DNA of 62,804 nt, counting the filler, from Sphacelaria rigidula (Eukaryota), in NCBI GenBank assembly GCA_964200075.2. It is 6 parts of 6 records of this genome, joined end to end, with 100 filler letters (N's around TTAATTAATTAA, not from the genome) between each part and the next. Parts side by side here need not be neighbours in the genome. Positions count along the whole stretch, not along the records: positions 1 to 10,386 come from CAXNAA020006599.1; positions 10,487 to 20,871 come from CAXNAA020006600.1; 4 more parts are not named here. One strand, 5' to 3'. Position numbers and translations under genes: made by a program. This document shows, in pieces, positions 1 through 11,460 of the stretch (its first letter is position 1; each line of letters opens with the position of its first letter). Under the pieces are notes generated by a model. That model saw only the letters and a list, made by a program, of their open reading frames with translations. It ran no database searches and was not told the origin of the DNA.

Positions 1-282
1 CCGGTTAACCCCAACCCGGGCCCCCCCCGAGTGTGGTCGCCCCCCCTGCCTACCCCCGGGCTCTTTTTTTCTTGAAATTTACCCCCCCCCCCCCCCCCTA
101 TCGTAGCATGACTTACATGTATTCAACCATTGCTCCCTCGAGCCGTACTGGGGTGAACTCCACTGCTCACAGGGTCCAAGGCTATCATGTTTAAACGCAA
201 AACACATGAACTTCGAACCATGAAAATATTTTCATTACATGTTGTTGTGGCGAAATAGTTAAACCACTACTTCCGTGCTCAC

Positions 283-414
283 CAGGGTGCTCGAGTTGCG
301 AGGTTCCGTAACATTTAAGGGTTTCCAGGGGCTTGTCAGGGATGTACTTCTCCGTCACCTCCAGCACGGCGATGGGCAGACCCTCACCCTCCTGCTTTAG
401 TAGAATTTTCATTC
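283..414 (-). CDS. sat: ATP sulfurylase exon 3; the gene continues beyond the contig/window edge
   Basis: TTGCAG|GA acceptor completes the phase-1 Gly codon from exon 2. Encodes KILLKQ...IAVLEVTEKYIPDKPLETLKCYGTSQLEHPG (conserved YGT...HPG). Donor G|GTGAG. Confidence 0.9.
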
Positions 415-525
415 CTGCAAGCGAACGGCACACAAAGGGAAGGGGCCAAAGATAAGAGAAGAAAAAACAAAAACAAAAAGTGAAAAAACACAACATGCGC
501 TTTTCTGAAGTAGACACATGGATCG

Positions 526-880
526 GTGTGTGCGTGTTGTTTTGTCATCCCATCTACTCTGGACGCCGGTCTACACCTTTCGGTATATGTGGGCGCACCA
601 GCCGGGGTCACACAGGAGGAAGATCAACACACGAGTTTCTTCTTTTTTTGTTTGTTTTTTGTGCTCCACCGTCCGTCTGCGATTCTTGCCTTTGTTTTTT
701 ATCGCGAGAGGGGTTCAGCAGTCCCTTCGTTGAGTCGAATTTTGTGTGCCCGCGACACAGTCGCTCTCCACTGTTGGGCATGGTATGAGAAAAAAACTCG
801 AGATCGCCCCGAGATTTGAACCCACGACCCAACCATAAAAAGGTGCCGGGGTTACCAACTAAGCCACCGGGGCGACCGGC
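526..880 (-). mobile_element. tRNA-derived SINE, near full length
   Basis: Minus-strand head GCCGGTCGCCCCGGTGGCTTAGTTGG (A box) ... GGGTTCAAATC (B box), with a (CA)n-like tail. Homologous copies at 44372-44711 and 52423-52495. Confidence 0.8.
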
Positions 881-927
881 TCAGGCATGATACAAATTTC
901 AACCAACAACACGTTTGATCGTTTTGT

Positions 928-1134
928 CAAGTGCACGTTCGGATTCAAAATGTGCCATGGGCGATCTGAGGCGATCTGGGGGCAGGTCGCCGTCTAAGGC
1001 CGACTCTCACGGCAGGCAATTCGGATCTGAAGTCAAAGTTACGGTCCATCACTCCGGTGATGTGGGCAAAATTAGAATTCCCCACCTTACATGCACCAAT
1101 CCTTTGCAAATTTGAGAATGTGATCGTGCACTTG
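928..1134. mobile_element. Small TIR element (MITE-like), about 207 bp
   Basis: Terminal inverted repeats CAAGTGCACG.TC / GATCGTGCACTTG. No clear TSD. Confidence 0.5.
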
Positions 1135-1376
1135 CTGGTCGGTTATCAAGTGCATCACCGGTGCGTCGAGAGGTAAGACGAGAAAACACAGTTTGATGTT
1201 TTCCCGTGTTTTCCCGTGTGACTAGACACTGTTTGAAAGCACGACAACCACAACAACGCCCTGGCCAGTCACTTACGGCTGGAACGGCCTTCTCCCTATC
1301 TACACGTTTTTCTTTTTTCGTTCTTTTCTAGTATGTTTATTTCATTTGTTTTTTATTTCTCTTGTAGAGGGTGATA

Positions 1377-2695
1377 TACAAAACAGGGTATACTCTCGTG
1401 CTTTCGAAACAAAACAGGGTAACGCATTGTTCGGTTTGGAGCGCGGCGCTGCACACGGACTGAACAACTCGAAATAGCGTTCCAGCGCCTCAGCCCCACA
1501 GGCCCAAGGTGTCTGGGAAGCATATATTTCACCATTTTTTTTCTTTCACACGTGACATTAGGCTCAACTACTGCGCGGAAAAGGATAGCCTGTGAGAGTA
1601 CCTTCTTTGGAAACAAACCAAGAGGGTACACTCTGATCTCTGCTCAAAGATTTTCTCTTACCCTTTTTTTGCTCACGTATGTACCCCGGAATGCTTCTTA
1701 CTCCTTTTTGGTTACGCGTGTACCCTCTAATTCTCAAGTTCATACCCCTTTTTGTGCAGTGGTGACCGTACGCCGGCTCGGCAGAAGATAAGTCGAACAG
1801 TCACAACGATACCCATTTTTGATGAGCATACACCCCGCCAAAAAGACCAAAACCCAACGACCAAGAAATTGTAGCCCCCTGCTGGTTTGCCCGCGAACCC
1901 GGAAAATCCGACGATGTGTACAACAGGGCGCCAACGCATGTGTTCCGGGGCTCACGAAGATCCAACGAACATGAGTGAAAAATCTTACCGACGCACACAC
2001 GCCCGAACGGCGTCACAGATGTTGGTTGGATCACGTTGTTTGTGACTATGTTTTTGGCGGTTCAACGATCATGGTGACGCCACATGATTCCGTTCGGGCA
2101 TGTGTGCGTCGGCAATATTTCTCCATCCATGTTTGTGGGATCTTCGTGAGCTCCGGCACACAAACGTTCGCGCCCTGTACACATTGTCGGATCTTCCGGG
2201 TTCGCGGGCAAAAAACAGCAGGGGGCTACAATTTCTTGATCGTTAGGTTTTAGCCTCTATGGCGGGGTGTAGTTTCACTGCAAATGGGTATGGTCAAGAA
2301 ATGGTTGTGACTGTTCGACGTATCTTCTGCGGAGCAGGCGGCACGGTCACCACTGCACAAAAAAGGGTACACGCTTGAGAGATACAGGGTACACAAGTCA
2401 ACAGCAAAGAGTAAGAGAGCATCTCGAAGCAGAAAGCAGGGTGTACTTTCCTGGTTTATTTCCAAAAAGGATACTCTCACAGGCTCTCCTTTTCCGCGCC
2501 GTAGCTGAGCCTATTGTCACGTGTGAAAAAAAAAAGAAATGGTGAAATATATGCTGCCCAGACACCTTGGGCGTGGGGCTGAGGCGTTGGAGCGTGTTTT
2601 CGAGTTGTTGAGTCCATGTGTAGCGCCGCGCCCCAAACCACAAAATACGTTACTTCGTTTTGCTCCAAAAGCATGAGGATGTACCCTTTTTTGTA
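1377..2695. repeat. Long imperfect palindrome (foldback), about 620-640 bp arms and about 60 bp spacer
   Basis: 1377-~2020 is the reverse complement of ~2081-2695 (e.g. CCCAAGGTGTCTGGG / CCCAGACACCTTGGG and GCCCGCGAACCCGGAA / TTCCGGGTTCGCGGGC). Confidence 0.9.
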
Positions 2696-5600
2696 AACTG
2701 CCTTAATTAAAAAATAGTCGCAGGCTGGTTCACGCTGATCACCAATGTTTACTCATCCGCAAATGTTTACGCCGACTCTTCGAATTGTACTCTGAAAATT
2801 TGCACACGCATCTAATGGAATATTACGAAACTTCGTATGAATGTCTTCGGGTTGGACTCTGAAAATTTGCCCGTATATGCTATGGAATAGTACGAACCTC
2901 GGTGTGAAAGGGGTCTTGGGACTTTTGTTTTTTCGCCAGTTATCCAGGGTCCTAGGAGGACATTTAGCTTCATTCTGGTACCCCGGATAACTGGCGATAA
3001 AAACAGGGAGTTGAAATACCTCTTTCACAAAAAGTTTTGTAATGCTCCGTAGACGATGTGTGCATGTTTCAGTCTAACTTCAAAAATCGGCATGAACATT
3101 TGCGCTCTTGTGCGATGAAGTAGGCCTGGCACGTGCAAACTCCTGACGACTTGACTGTAGAATGAAAACGTCCCTCTCAGGTATCTTAGACGTTGATCCG
3201 AGAAAAACTGCATCAGGGTTTCGAGCTTCGCAACCAAACTTCGCACATTTGTCCCTTGTACTACCCCGGGACGCATAATCTTGTTTCTTCTATTTTGAGG
3301 CGTTCTGTATCGGTTTCCGGGGATCTTCACGCTGGGATCCCCGGAAGTCGATGAATAGCGGAAAAACTGGTGAACTTTTCAACAAAATATTGTTCTTTAT
3401 TTCGAGCACCAATTACTGCGAAACTGCCAAGTTTGAGGGAGCTTTTCTGCGAGAGATAAATGGGCAACCATCAGGTGGCTTCCTGGGTCTTTTGTGCACA
3501 TCACCAGTCCAAGTCCGACGACGCCAAAACCCGATATCATCGAAATACCACGGTCTGCGAAATACCACGGTCTGGGGTAGAACTCAATCCCACATTAACC
3601 GTTTCCAAACCTGTTTTTTTCCCATTATTTTTCCAAGCTTATGGCTGCTACTACGATTCGAAGTATGAGGAGATTGGGTAGAAGTTGGATCGATATTTCG
3701 TACGTTTAATCAAAACACTTTCAAGGCAACTGATTGATTGAGGTATATTTTCGCCCTTAAGGCCACCACCGCCATGGCCTTGAACAAAAATCCAGTTATA
3801 ACATATCTTCGCCTGTTCCTTACGGTCAGCATGATAGCACGCATGCGTCCTTCGGGTAGGTGCTGCGGAACGCATTTGTTTTTGACACAATTTTCGGTAT
3901 TGAACGTGAACCCAGCCTGCAGTTTTCGTGAGAATGGGCATGAGCATATGATCATAAGAATGAGATCGCGAATCCGAAACAGAACGTAAAATGGTCGCCA
4001 CGCGTGAGCTGTTTGCCTCTCTCATCATCTTCATCACAGCGAGGTATCATATTTTTTCACCCGTGAAGATGGATGGAACTTGAACGAAATCACCTGAACG
4101 CAGCTCATGGAATTTTTGGTGATATGCTCGTGTCCGGGCATATAAGTAAAGCTACATCAAGACTTCGAACAGGGCTTTGGGATGCAAGTCGAGATAGGAA
4201 GACAACTGTTCCGGCCATCCTGACTTTGACCACAACGTTGTCGTACCTGTACGGCAAGCGCTTAGTCAGCCACACCGAACACTGACGCGAGTTTCGTAAC
4301 CATGGAAATATTCTAATGTAACCTTCTGTGTACACCCGGAAAGCGGCGAAACACTTGACGACCACACCACCGGCATTCCGTTAAAAATACGGGTTCATGT
4401 GATCCAGGTAAGGCTCAGGCTCCGTCCTATCGAGATAGGGAAAAATTGAGAATGACACTGTGACAACAGAAATGAGACAGTCGGTTCAACTTCTTTCATT
4501 ATTCTGATCGATGAAGGGCTGATATTTAATAAAGGTATCTCAAGCTCGAAATTCCCGGTATGTTTCACAGGAATTTTCAGTTAACCCTCATACAGCTAGA
4601 GCAGTCCATTCGGATCGTAACTTTTTCCAAGTGAAGCTCGTGTACTCTCGCTGTCTGAGGGTTCAGTGTGTTGAGAACCTCCAGTTTGAGATACCTTTAA
4701 TAAGCATCGCCCTCAGAATCACTTTCATCAACATGGATCATTTTTCAAATAAGTTTTTAGAGGACGGGCGAACAATCCCATGATATTTTCCGAACGAGAC
4801 AATAAATGGTTGCCCAGGAGGCCGCAGCAGAGTTGTCACCAAGAGCAAGTGGACTGCGTCAGGTACACTGATCACTTCGCGTGTTGAGACATTCGCACTT
4901 CCACTTATTTCGCCGTCGATAAGAAAGGCGAGTGATATCTCGTGACACGAGGATTTTAACCGCAATTCTAATTCTCGTTTTCTGTTTCGTTAACCCTTTC
5001 ACCGCCATTGTTTACCCTAGCGGCCGAAGGGTCAAGACGGGGTCTAAGAAGAGAGGCGTATATCTACCCAAATCATTGAACTCAGATTCCGTGTTTATTC
5101 AGCTCATCCACCTTGAGAGAAGGTCCGAACATCTGTCTCCCCCTGCACAGACGGTAGGCTGTGGCCGGCGCAGAATATCGGAACAACAAATCACCCGGAA
5201 TTCACTCGCCAAATGAATCCCAGCAAGCAAGATAAAACTTGTGTCTGAAACGAAGTCTCCACCGCATGAGATATATCACTTTTTATGGTGCTCCGGCCGC
5301 TGCTTAGGTCGCTCATTAGGAGTATCACGATCGAAATATAATTATCTCGCAAAATTCCTCTACAGTCCTTCTGCATCCTTTCACGCCCTAGGAGGGGGCT
5401 AGGCGTATTGACACCTTACAATTACCTCCTCTACTTCTGGAAGCTGGTTCCAGCCTACCTTCGTTTGCCCGTGGCCGCTGGTAATTGCTTTTGGCCAGAC
5501 TAGCAACTATTGAACAAACCGTCCAAGACTAATATAAATATACAGGTGTCTTAGTCTCTTTCTGTAATAAGCGCCGGAACTCCGCACTCCGCTCCAGGAT

Positions 5601-6036
5601 CAAAACCGCCGTGCACCAGAAAACGCTCAAGTATGCTAGACTGCCGGTGGATAGTACACCAGCTTCCAGTAGACCGAATGGTTGCCTCCGCCACCGGAAC
5701 TTATGAGGTTGACAATATTTTTCAGTCAGGACAAATCAAGATTTATACGAGTGTACTCCTCATGACATGGAAGGGGTCAACCTGTATTCAAGTGTTGGTC
5801 CCGCATGCACCGGACGGTGAATAACGTATGCAGTACAGTCATCCCAACCGCATACAGACTGGGAGAAAAGTACGACTGATCAAGGCACAGGACATGATAG
5901 GATTCAACGATGTGCCGACTCTTCATCCCGCACGGAGGCATACGCATGGCATAGATGTAGATGCCATCCACGCCTCATGGTAAGTGTGGGTGGCATGTAC
6001 AAATGATCCATTTCGCATCTTTTTACAGGGGGTTAA

Positions 6037-6134
6037 CCCCTAAACCGCGAGATTAGTCTTTCTGGACCATGCATATTTTTCTTCACTTGAAATTGGTGCC
6101 GGATGAACAGAAGACTAACCCCGCGGTCTAAGGG
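6037..6134. mobile_element. 98-bp MITE flanked by TTAA (piggyBac-like)
   Basis: TTAA at 6033-6036 and 6135-6138. TIRs of about 27 bp: CCCCTAAACCGCGAGATTAGTCTTTCTG / CAGAAGACTAACCCCGCGGTCTAAGGG. Confidence 0.8.
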
Positions 6135-7617
6135 TTAACATGTGTCCATGATCTACCCCCAATGACCTGGAGGTAGGAAACAGGTACCGTTGACGGTGTA
6201 CTGCATGACACAAGAGCTCAAAACCTGTATGGATTACAAATGATGTACGACTCGTATTATTTATTCCTTGAAATGACGAACATGAGTTGAATCACGATAT
6301 AATTTGTCCTAGCCGTGCAATATTTTCTGTTTCCTTCTTTTTTTTTTCTTCCTATAACGCGTCCGTGTGATTTTTCTGGGTTTGATCTTGTTCTTTATTT
6401 TATTTTCACCTTATTTTGGGTAGTTCGCTTGTGACCACGAAAGGCGTCCGCATCAGATGCCCAGTACAGAGTACTACACAGATATTGGAACCGTTTTTAA
6501 CGGGAAGGCAACAACATTACACCAAGACATTCCGAGGCGGCACGAACCCCCAAGCCCTTTTCTCCGGCGGAAACGTCGCGGAGGGGTAAAAAAACGACAA
6601 TGTCCCGGAGTACACTATTTTGGATCATGGTAAACTTCCCCACGGGAATGACGGAAACGTCTGAAAAACGAAAAATAAAGATTCGGTCCGATTTTTTGGC
6701 TCTGAAATAGGAGTTGGCGGATTGTACCACCTCGGAAACAATCACCGTTGTACACTTTTCCAAGCGGAGTACAGCGGACTTTGCCGACCTTTCGTAGCCC
6801 CAATTCGACTCATGGGCGGAGTAAAAAATGTCACAAACCCATCTTAACATTCCACATACGTGCATTTCGAGTTCCACGCGATTGTACGGTTTTTTTCGGG
6901 AGAACTACAAGGACACTTTTGTTGTATGAGAAATGGTCGTTTGTACGGCATCATGTTAGAGTTCAACTGAGGCTGGGAAGACCGGTAAAGTGCGCTGTTA
7001 TCTTTCACGAAGAAAAGCCTACGTCTTTTCGATCCGCTAAGCTCCGTTGGAGGAAACAAAATTGGCGCGTCATTGCCGAAATGAGCGTGTGTTTCAGGGA
7101 GATTTTATGCACTACCCGCCCAGCACGCGTTCACCTTCACGCTAAAAGTCTTGGTGACGGTACCTTGCGGACCTTGCGGAGAAACAGCAACGAAAAAATG
7201 TCCCGAATTCCTCCGCGAGTGGAGGAACGAAAGACATGTGTACAGGTCGTGGGAACCTTGAAGCGGAAGTGTTTCAGCGAAAACGTACGACTGCCATGAA
7301 TGTCCAATGCACTCACCGCATGCGTATTCCAGAGAAGTGGGGTGTCATGTGGACCAACGACGCAAAAAAACTCTCAATAACGATCTATGGAGTTTGCTTT
7401 CAAGATATAGGGTCGTCGGTGGTCGTGGGTAAAAACATCGGGGAAATCGGCTACAATACGCGCACGTATTATCGTTCCGACAATTTTTAAAGCCAGTACA
7501 ACAACTGTACAGTAGTCCGTCCTGTAGTACGAAACATCTCACTGCGCAGCGCATAAAATACTGGAACACTGCAGCAGCAGAGGCAGTTGCACGCGTCGGT
7601 AAAGTACGATAGCGAAA

Positions 7618-7660
7618 GCACAGCGCAGCACCGCACCGCACAGCACCGCACAGCACAGCA
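7618..7660. repeat. Pentanucleotide microsatellite (CAGCA/CCGCA)n
   Basis: Visible directly, next to the exon 2 donor site. Confidence 0.85.
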
Positions 7661-7668
7661 GTACATAC

Positions 7669-7879
7669 CAGGCTTGATGTCCTCGCGATCGGTGTCGTAC
7701 ACCACAGGCAGACCGAACAGGAGGCCGTTGGGCAGGCGGTTCGTGTCAACCACGGACTTGTACTCCTCCTCCGTCATGAATCCCGTAAGAGGGCTGAAGC
7801 CGCCGTTACAGATGAGCTCTGTGTCGCACAGCTGGCGAGGCGAGAGATCCAACTCTAGGTCGCAGTTAGCCATGGCAGC
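7669..7879 (-). CDS. sat: ATP sulfurylase exon 2
   Basis: CAG|GCT acceptor. Encodes LSPRQLCDTELICNGGFSPLTGFMTEEEYKSVV...LPNGLLFGLPVV, the conserved ATPS N-terminal domain. Ends CCT G|GTATGT (phase 1). Confidence 0.95.
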
Positions 7880-8372
7880 CTGTCGGGTAGAACCAAGTGC
7901 AGATGCAGAGTGCTTACGCGGGACAGGGGTGGGAAGCCTGATTCTATTTACCGCGGCAAATCAACTCTCCGGTAGGTGGGGGGGATCGTCACCTCCGCTC
8001 AGATGGATATGCATACCGTGATTCATGTGTAATTTGTCGACCATGAGCAGACGGTGGGTGCAGTAGAGCTTTGGTGCTGGCCAGACGGCAGAGGCCCGTC
8101 TGTCGATTGATGACACGACGACGGTAGGAGAAAAGGGTACCTACAATGCAGAAGCAGCCAGCCAATCCATGCAATAGCATGCACAACCGAATACTACCGC
8201 AACAACAAACTGTGCTCCAAAGGCAGCGGACAGCAAGCAGTGGAAAGAGTACATCAGTACAGTAATACAACATCGTTGTAAGGAAAACCAAGAAGGGCCA
8301 ACTGCAGTCGGGCGTGCACATCCAACCAGCGTGGCCTCTGGGAAAATACACATGGCACTTATTCTAGCACAC

Positions 8373-8648
8373 CTTTTTCTCCGCATCGGTCTTGAGGTTT
8401 AGATCTACGAGCGTTCCCCCGTGAGGCACAGCTGCCACAGCATCCGTCTTCGCTGCCGACGCCACCATGCGCGGCGCCGTCCGCATCGCTCGGTTCCCTC
8501 GTGCGTTGTAGTTCGATACACATGATCGTTGCTCCTGCAACGTCACCGTTTTGCCCACAACATTCGCCAGCCGCTGTGGCGCTAAGAAGGCCTCGGAGGA
8601 GGATACGCCCGCCACTACCACGCCCATTATTCCAGTCGGAGCCCTCAT
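8373..8648 (-). CDS. sat: ATP sulfurylase (sulfate adenylyltransferase), plastid-targeted, exon 1
   Basis: MRAPTGIMGVVVAGVSSSEAF-LAP resembles a signal peptide with an ASAFAP-like cleavage site, followed by a transit peptide and then VPHGGTLVDL, the typical ATP sulfurylase N-terminus. Ends AAG|GTGTGC (phase 0 donor). Confidence 0.9.
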
Positions 8649-9264
8649 TTTGTGTGTCTAGGCTTAGGCTTACCACTGTGCTGCTGCTGTGGTTAGCCTT
8701 CCAGATGGTGTTGTGCGATACGGAGTGTGCGCAATATGGACAGAACAGAGTGTATACTGAAAAGCACAATTTTTTCTCTTGCAGCCCAATCGCCTCCTTA
8801 TTGTTGTGGATAATAACCAATTTCTCAGATTTAAAGGCTGGGGTACTGTACTCGGAGTATCTTCATCCAAGAGCAAACATAGCGCTCAATGAGCATAACT
8901 GGTTGTAGTAACGATAGAGATACATGCCTGAGATGAATTTTGAAGTCTGATCGATTTTTAGGGTAGGATTAGCAGCGGTATAGGAAGAGAAAGGTGAGAT
9001 TGCTGCAGGTTTGGTGTTCATCACCCCCCTGGTACGTACCGTATCATGCATTGAGAGAGACGATCAAGATCGCTCCATCCATCAGACAGGCCATCCACAA
9101 TCTAATTCTTGGAATTTTCGGTGTTATCTTGCAAAATGCTCGGCGGATTTACGTAAGCCTCGTCGACTAAACGCTGTGATTATTGTCCGAGATAATAATT
9201 GCATCTGATTTGATTGAATAGTTTCGATCGTCGGCACCTCGGCATCTTCCCGAGCGCCGCTTGC

Positions 9265-9475
9265 TGTTCGGAGGAATTTTTGCCATCTAGGAATCATGAA
9301 AGGTCCGTCGTAAAGCTTTGACGGGATAATGTCCATGACATGAAATAGACATTGTAGCAGAAGTTGAAAAAAGTCCCAGATGCCGCGGCTCGAGGAATTT
9401 TTGTTATCTAGGAATCATGAAAGGTCCGTTGTGAAAGATTTGACGGGATGATGTCCATGACGTGGAATAGAGTAC
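9265..9475. repeat. Tandem duplication, period about 120 bp
   Basis: GAGGAATTTTTG..ATCTAGGAATCATGAAAGGTCCGT...TGTCCATGAC occurs twice. Confidence 0.8.
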
Positions 9476-9611
9476 AGTAGTCAGCATCAGAAGTTTTCAG
9501 AATTCGTAATTGTTGTAGTTCTTGAGTTTTTCTCGAGTATAATATTCTTCATTACTACTTGAAAGTGTAAGCGCCGGTAGATTTCGAGAAAAGCGTAGGC
9601 CGCGCTCGAAC

Positions 9612-10350
9612 TGCAGTGCCCAAGTTGGTGTTTTTGGGGCGATACGGACTAGATACCCCGTTTATCAGGAGGGTGTTATTGACGGTTTTTGGTCCAATAA
9701 ACACAGTTTTCCGGCGGTTCCGCAACTAAACGGTGAATATTCAGATGAATGAATACGTATGCAATTTTTCACAATAACGATCGAGATCGTGCTCCCTCCT
9801 ATACTGCACAGACCTCAGTCAAGCATTTTCTGCGGATGGCCTCTTTTCGGGTTTTGTTCGCATAACATTTTCCATGAGCACTCGAACGTGATAGCGTCGA
9901 TAGTTCCGGCAAAATAAACTGGCCGTGTTCAAATCACAATGCCCAAGTTGGTATTGTAGGGGCCATACGGAGTAAAGACCCCATTTATTTGAAGGATGTC
10001 ATTGACCGTGAATGGTCCAAGAAACATAGTTTCCCGGGTTTAGAGCAGTGAATAGGTAGGATTTGAAAAAGATAATCATTTTTGAGTCTTCACTCACACG
10101 ATCGGGATCGAGTCGGTCCACCAAAAATACCGAAAAGCTAGAACCTGGGATTACACTTTCGCAGGACCCCCGACGATCGGTCAAGCCCGTAATAAGTCAC
10201 TCAATTTTGATCGCCGATATTTGGTCTTTCAATATTTGTCAAGATGATAAAAATATCTCCAGATGCCCATTTTTTGGCATCCAACAGTCACCGTGATGAG
10301 CGGTGGCAAGCGAAACAAATTTGGAAAATCTTGGAGAAACTAAGAAATTA
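9612..10350. repeat. Dispersed repeat with an internal ~320-bp duplication; inverted homologue at ~14530-14990
   Basis: TGCCCAAGTTGGT...GATACGGA...CCCC.TTTAT occurs at ~9617 and ~9940. GCAGGACCCC...AAGTCACTCAAT matches the reverse complement near 14675-14720. Confidence 0.65.
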
Positions 10351-10386
10351 CGAATTCTGCATACTTCTGACGCTGACTACTGTAGA

Positions 10387-10486
10387 NNNNNNNNNNNNNN
10401 NNNNNNNNNNNNNNNNNNNNNNNNNNNNNNTTAATTAATTAANNNNNNNNNNNNNNNNNNNNNNNNNNNNNNNNNNNNNNNNNNNN
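10387..10486. other. Artificial contig spacer N44-TTAATTAATTAA-N44
   Basis: Identical 100-nt spacer repeated five times; the core has stops in all six frames. Confidence 0.98.
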
Positions 10487-10997
10487 GCGTACTCATTTGT
10501 TGCTTGCCTTAGTCGTGTGACCATTGACCACGCATCCCTTTCGAGACGGAGCACACCACCCCTGAGGGGGGGGGGGGGGGTATAAACCGTTTTCCAGTCT
10601 GGAAGGCCCCTTGGTGTGGGTGAGATTTGCTCATACCCTAAACAATAGTCTATGTAAAAGAACATTGGCGCTGCAATAGCCCCGAAAATTTTACTGTTAA
10701 TGTTCGTCGTCAGTCATGAATGACCGGCATAAATTTCTATCGATAGCTTTTGTAGGCGACAATGGATTCGAGCCAAAAGACATAATGTATTATTGCCGTG
10801 ACAGTGGAGGAGTCAAGTTTTCTATCGATACATTTTATTTGGTGCAGTAGGCTCTGCGTTGTGGCCACCAATGTCTGTTGCTAATTACAAAAGGATACGC
10901 CGTGCGGCCACCAGTACATGTTGTTGGTCACAACAGGATATCAGTTGCGCCCATCAATGTCTATTGAGGGTCCCGATAGAATTTGTATAATCGCTGT

Positions 10998-11460
10998 GAT
11001 TGGGCCATGAAATATCTTGGACGCCTGGGCAGCGCGAGGTTACCCGCTGGACCGGCGGTATCCATATGCGCGAGTCCCACACTCCTACCAGGTTCGTTGT
11101 ACTTTTTGTACTGCACGTGGCACTCGCTTGGCCACTAACACTCTCTTCGGAACAATATTATCGTCGGAACGTCACCGTCACATCAAAGCTGTCGTCGTCC
11201 GTGGGAAAATCGCCCGTACTATCTTCTGCAGCGTAGCTTTCTTGTTCGCAACTGACCCAAGTATATCGCGCTGGGTTCGGCAACAGAAAGATCTCGATAT
11301 AGTACTGTTCGGAAAAAAGGCGTGGCAGGGAGGGAGTGTTACGCGTAGTACAGAAAGTACAGCGCACCTGGTAAGAGTGCCGGACTCGCGCATGCGAATA
11401 CCGCCGACCCAGCGGGTAATCCAACGCTGCGTATGTCCAAAATGTTTCATGGTGCCATCA
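10998..11460. repeat. Inverted-repeat element (about 165-bp arms), MITE/foldback-like
   Basis: TTACCCGCTGG..CGGCGGTAT.C..ATGCGCGAGTCC is mirrored by GGACTCGCGCATGCGAATACCGCCG..CCAGCGGGTAA. Confidence 0.85.

Noticed and set aside
790..880. Genuine tRNA gene
   Set aside because: A and B boxes are present, but I could not build a convincing cloverleaf and the head is attached to the same SINE body elsewhere.
5760..5975. KDZ-transposase-like VDPFH motif
   Set aside because: The motif is short, flanked by stops, and the DNA resembles a repeat at ~12700-12960; the evidence is insufficient.
10431..10442. TTAATTAATTAA as a biological motif or piggyBac target
   Set aside because: It sits inside symmetric N runs and is identical five times, so it is an assembly linker.
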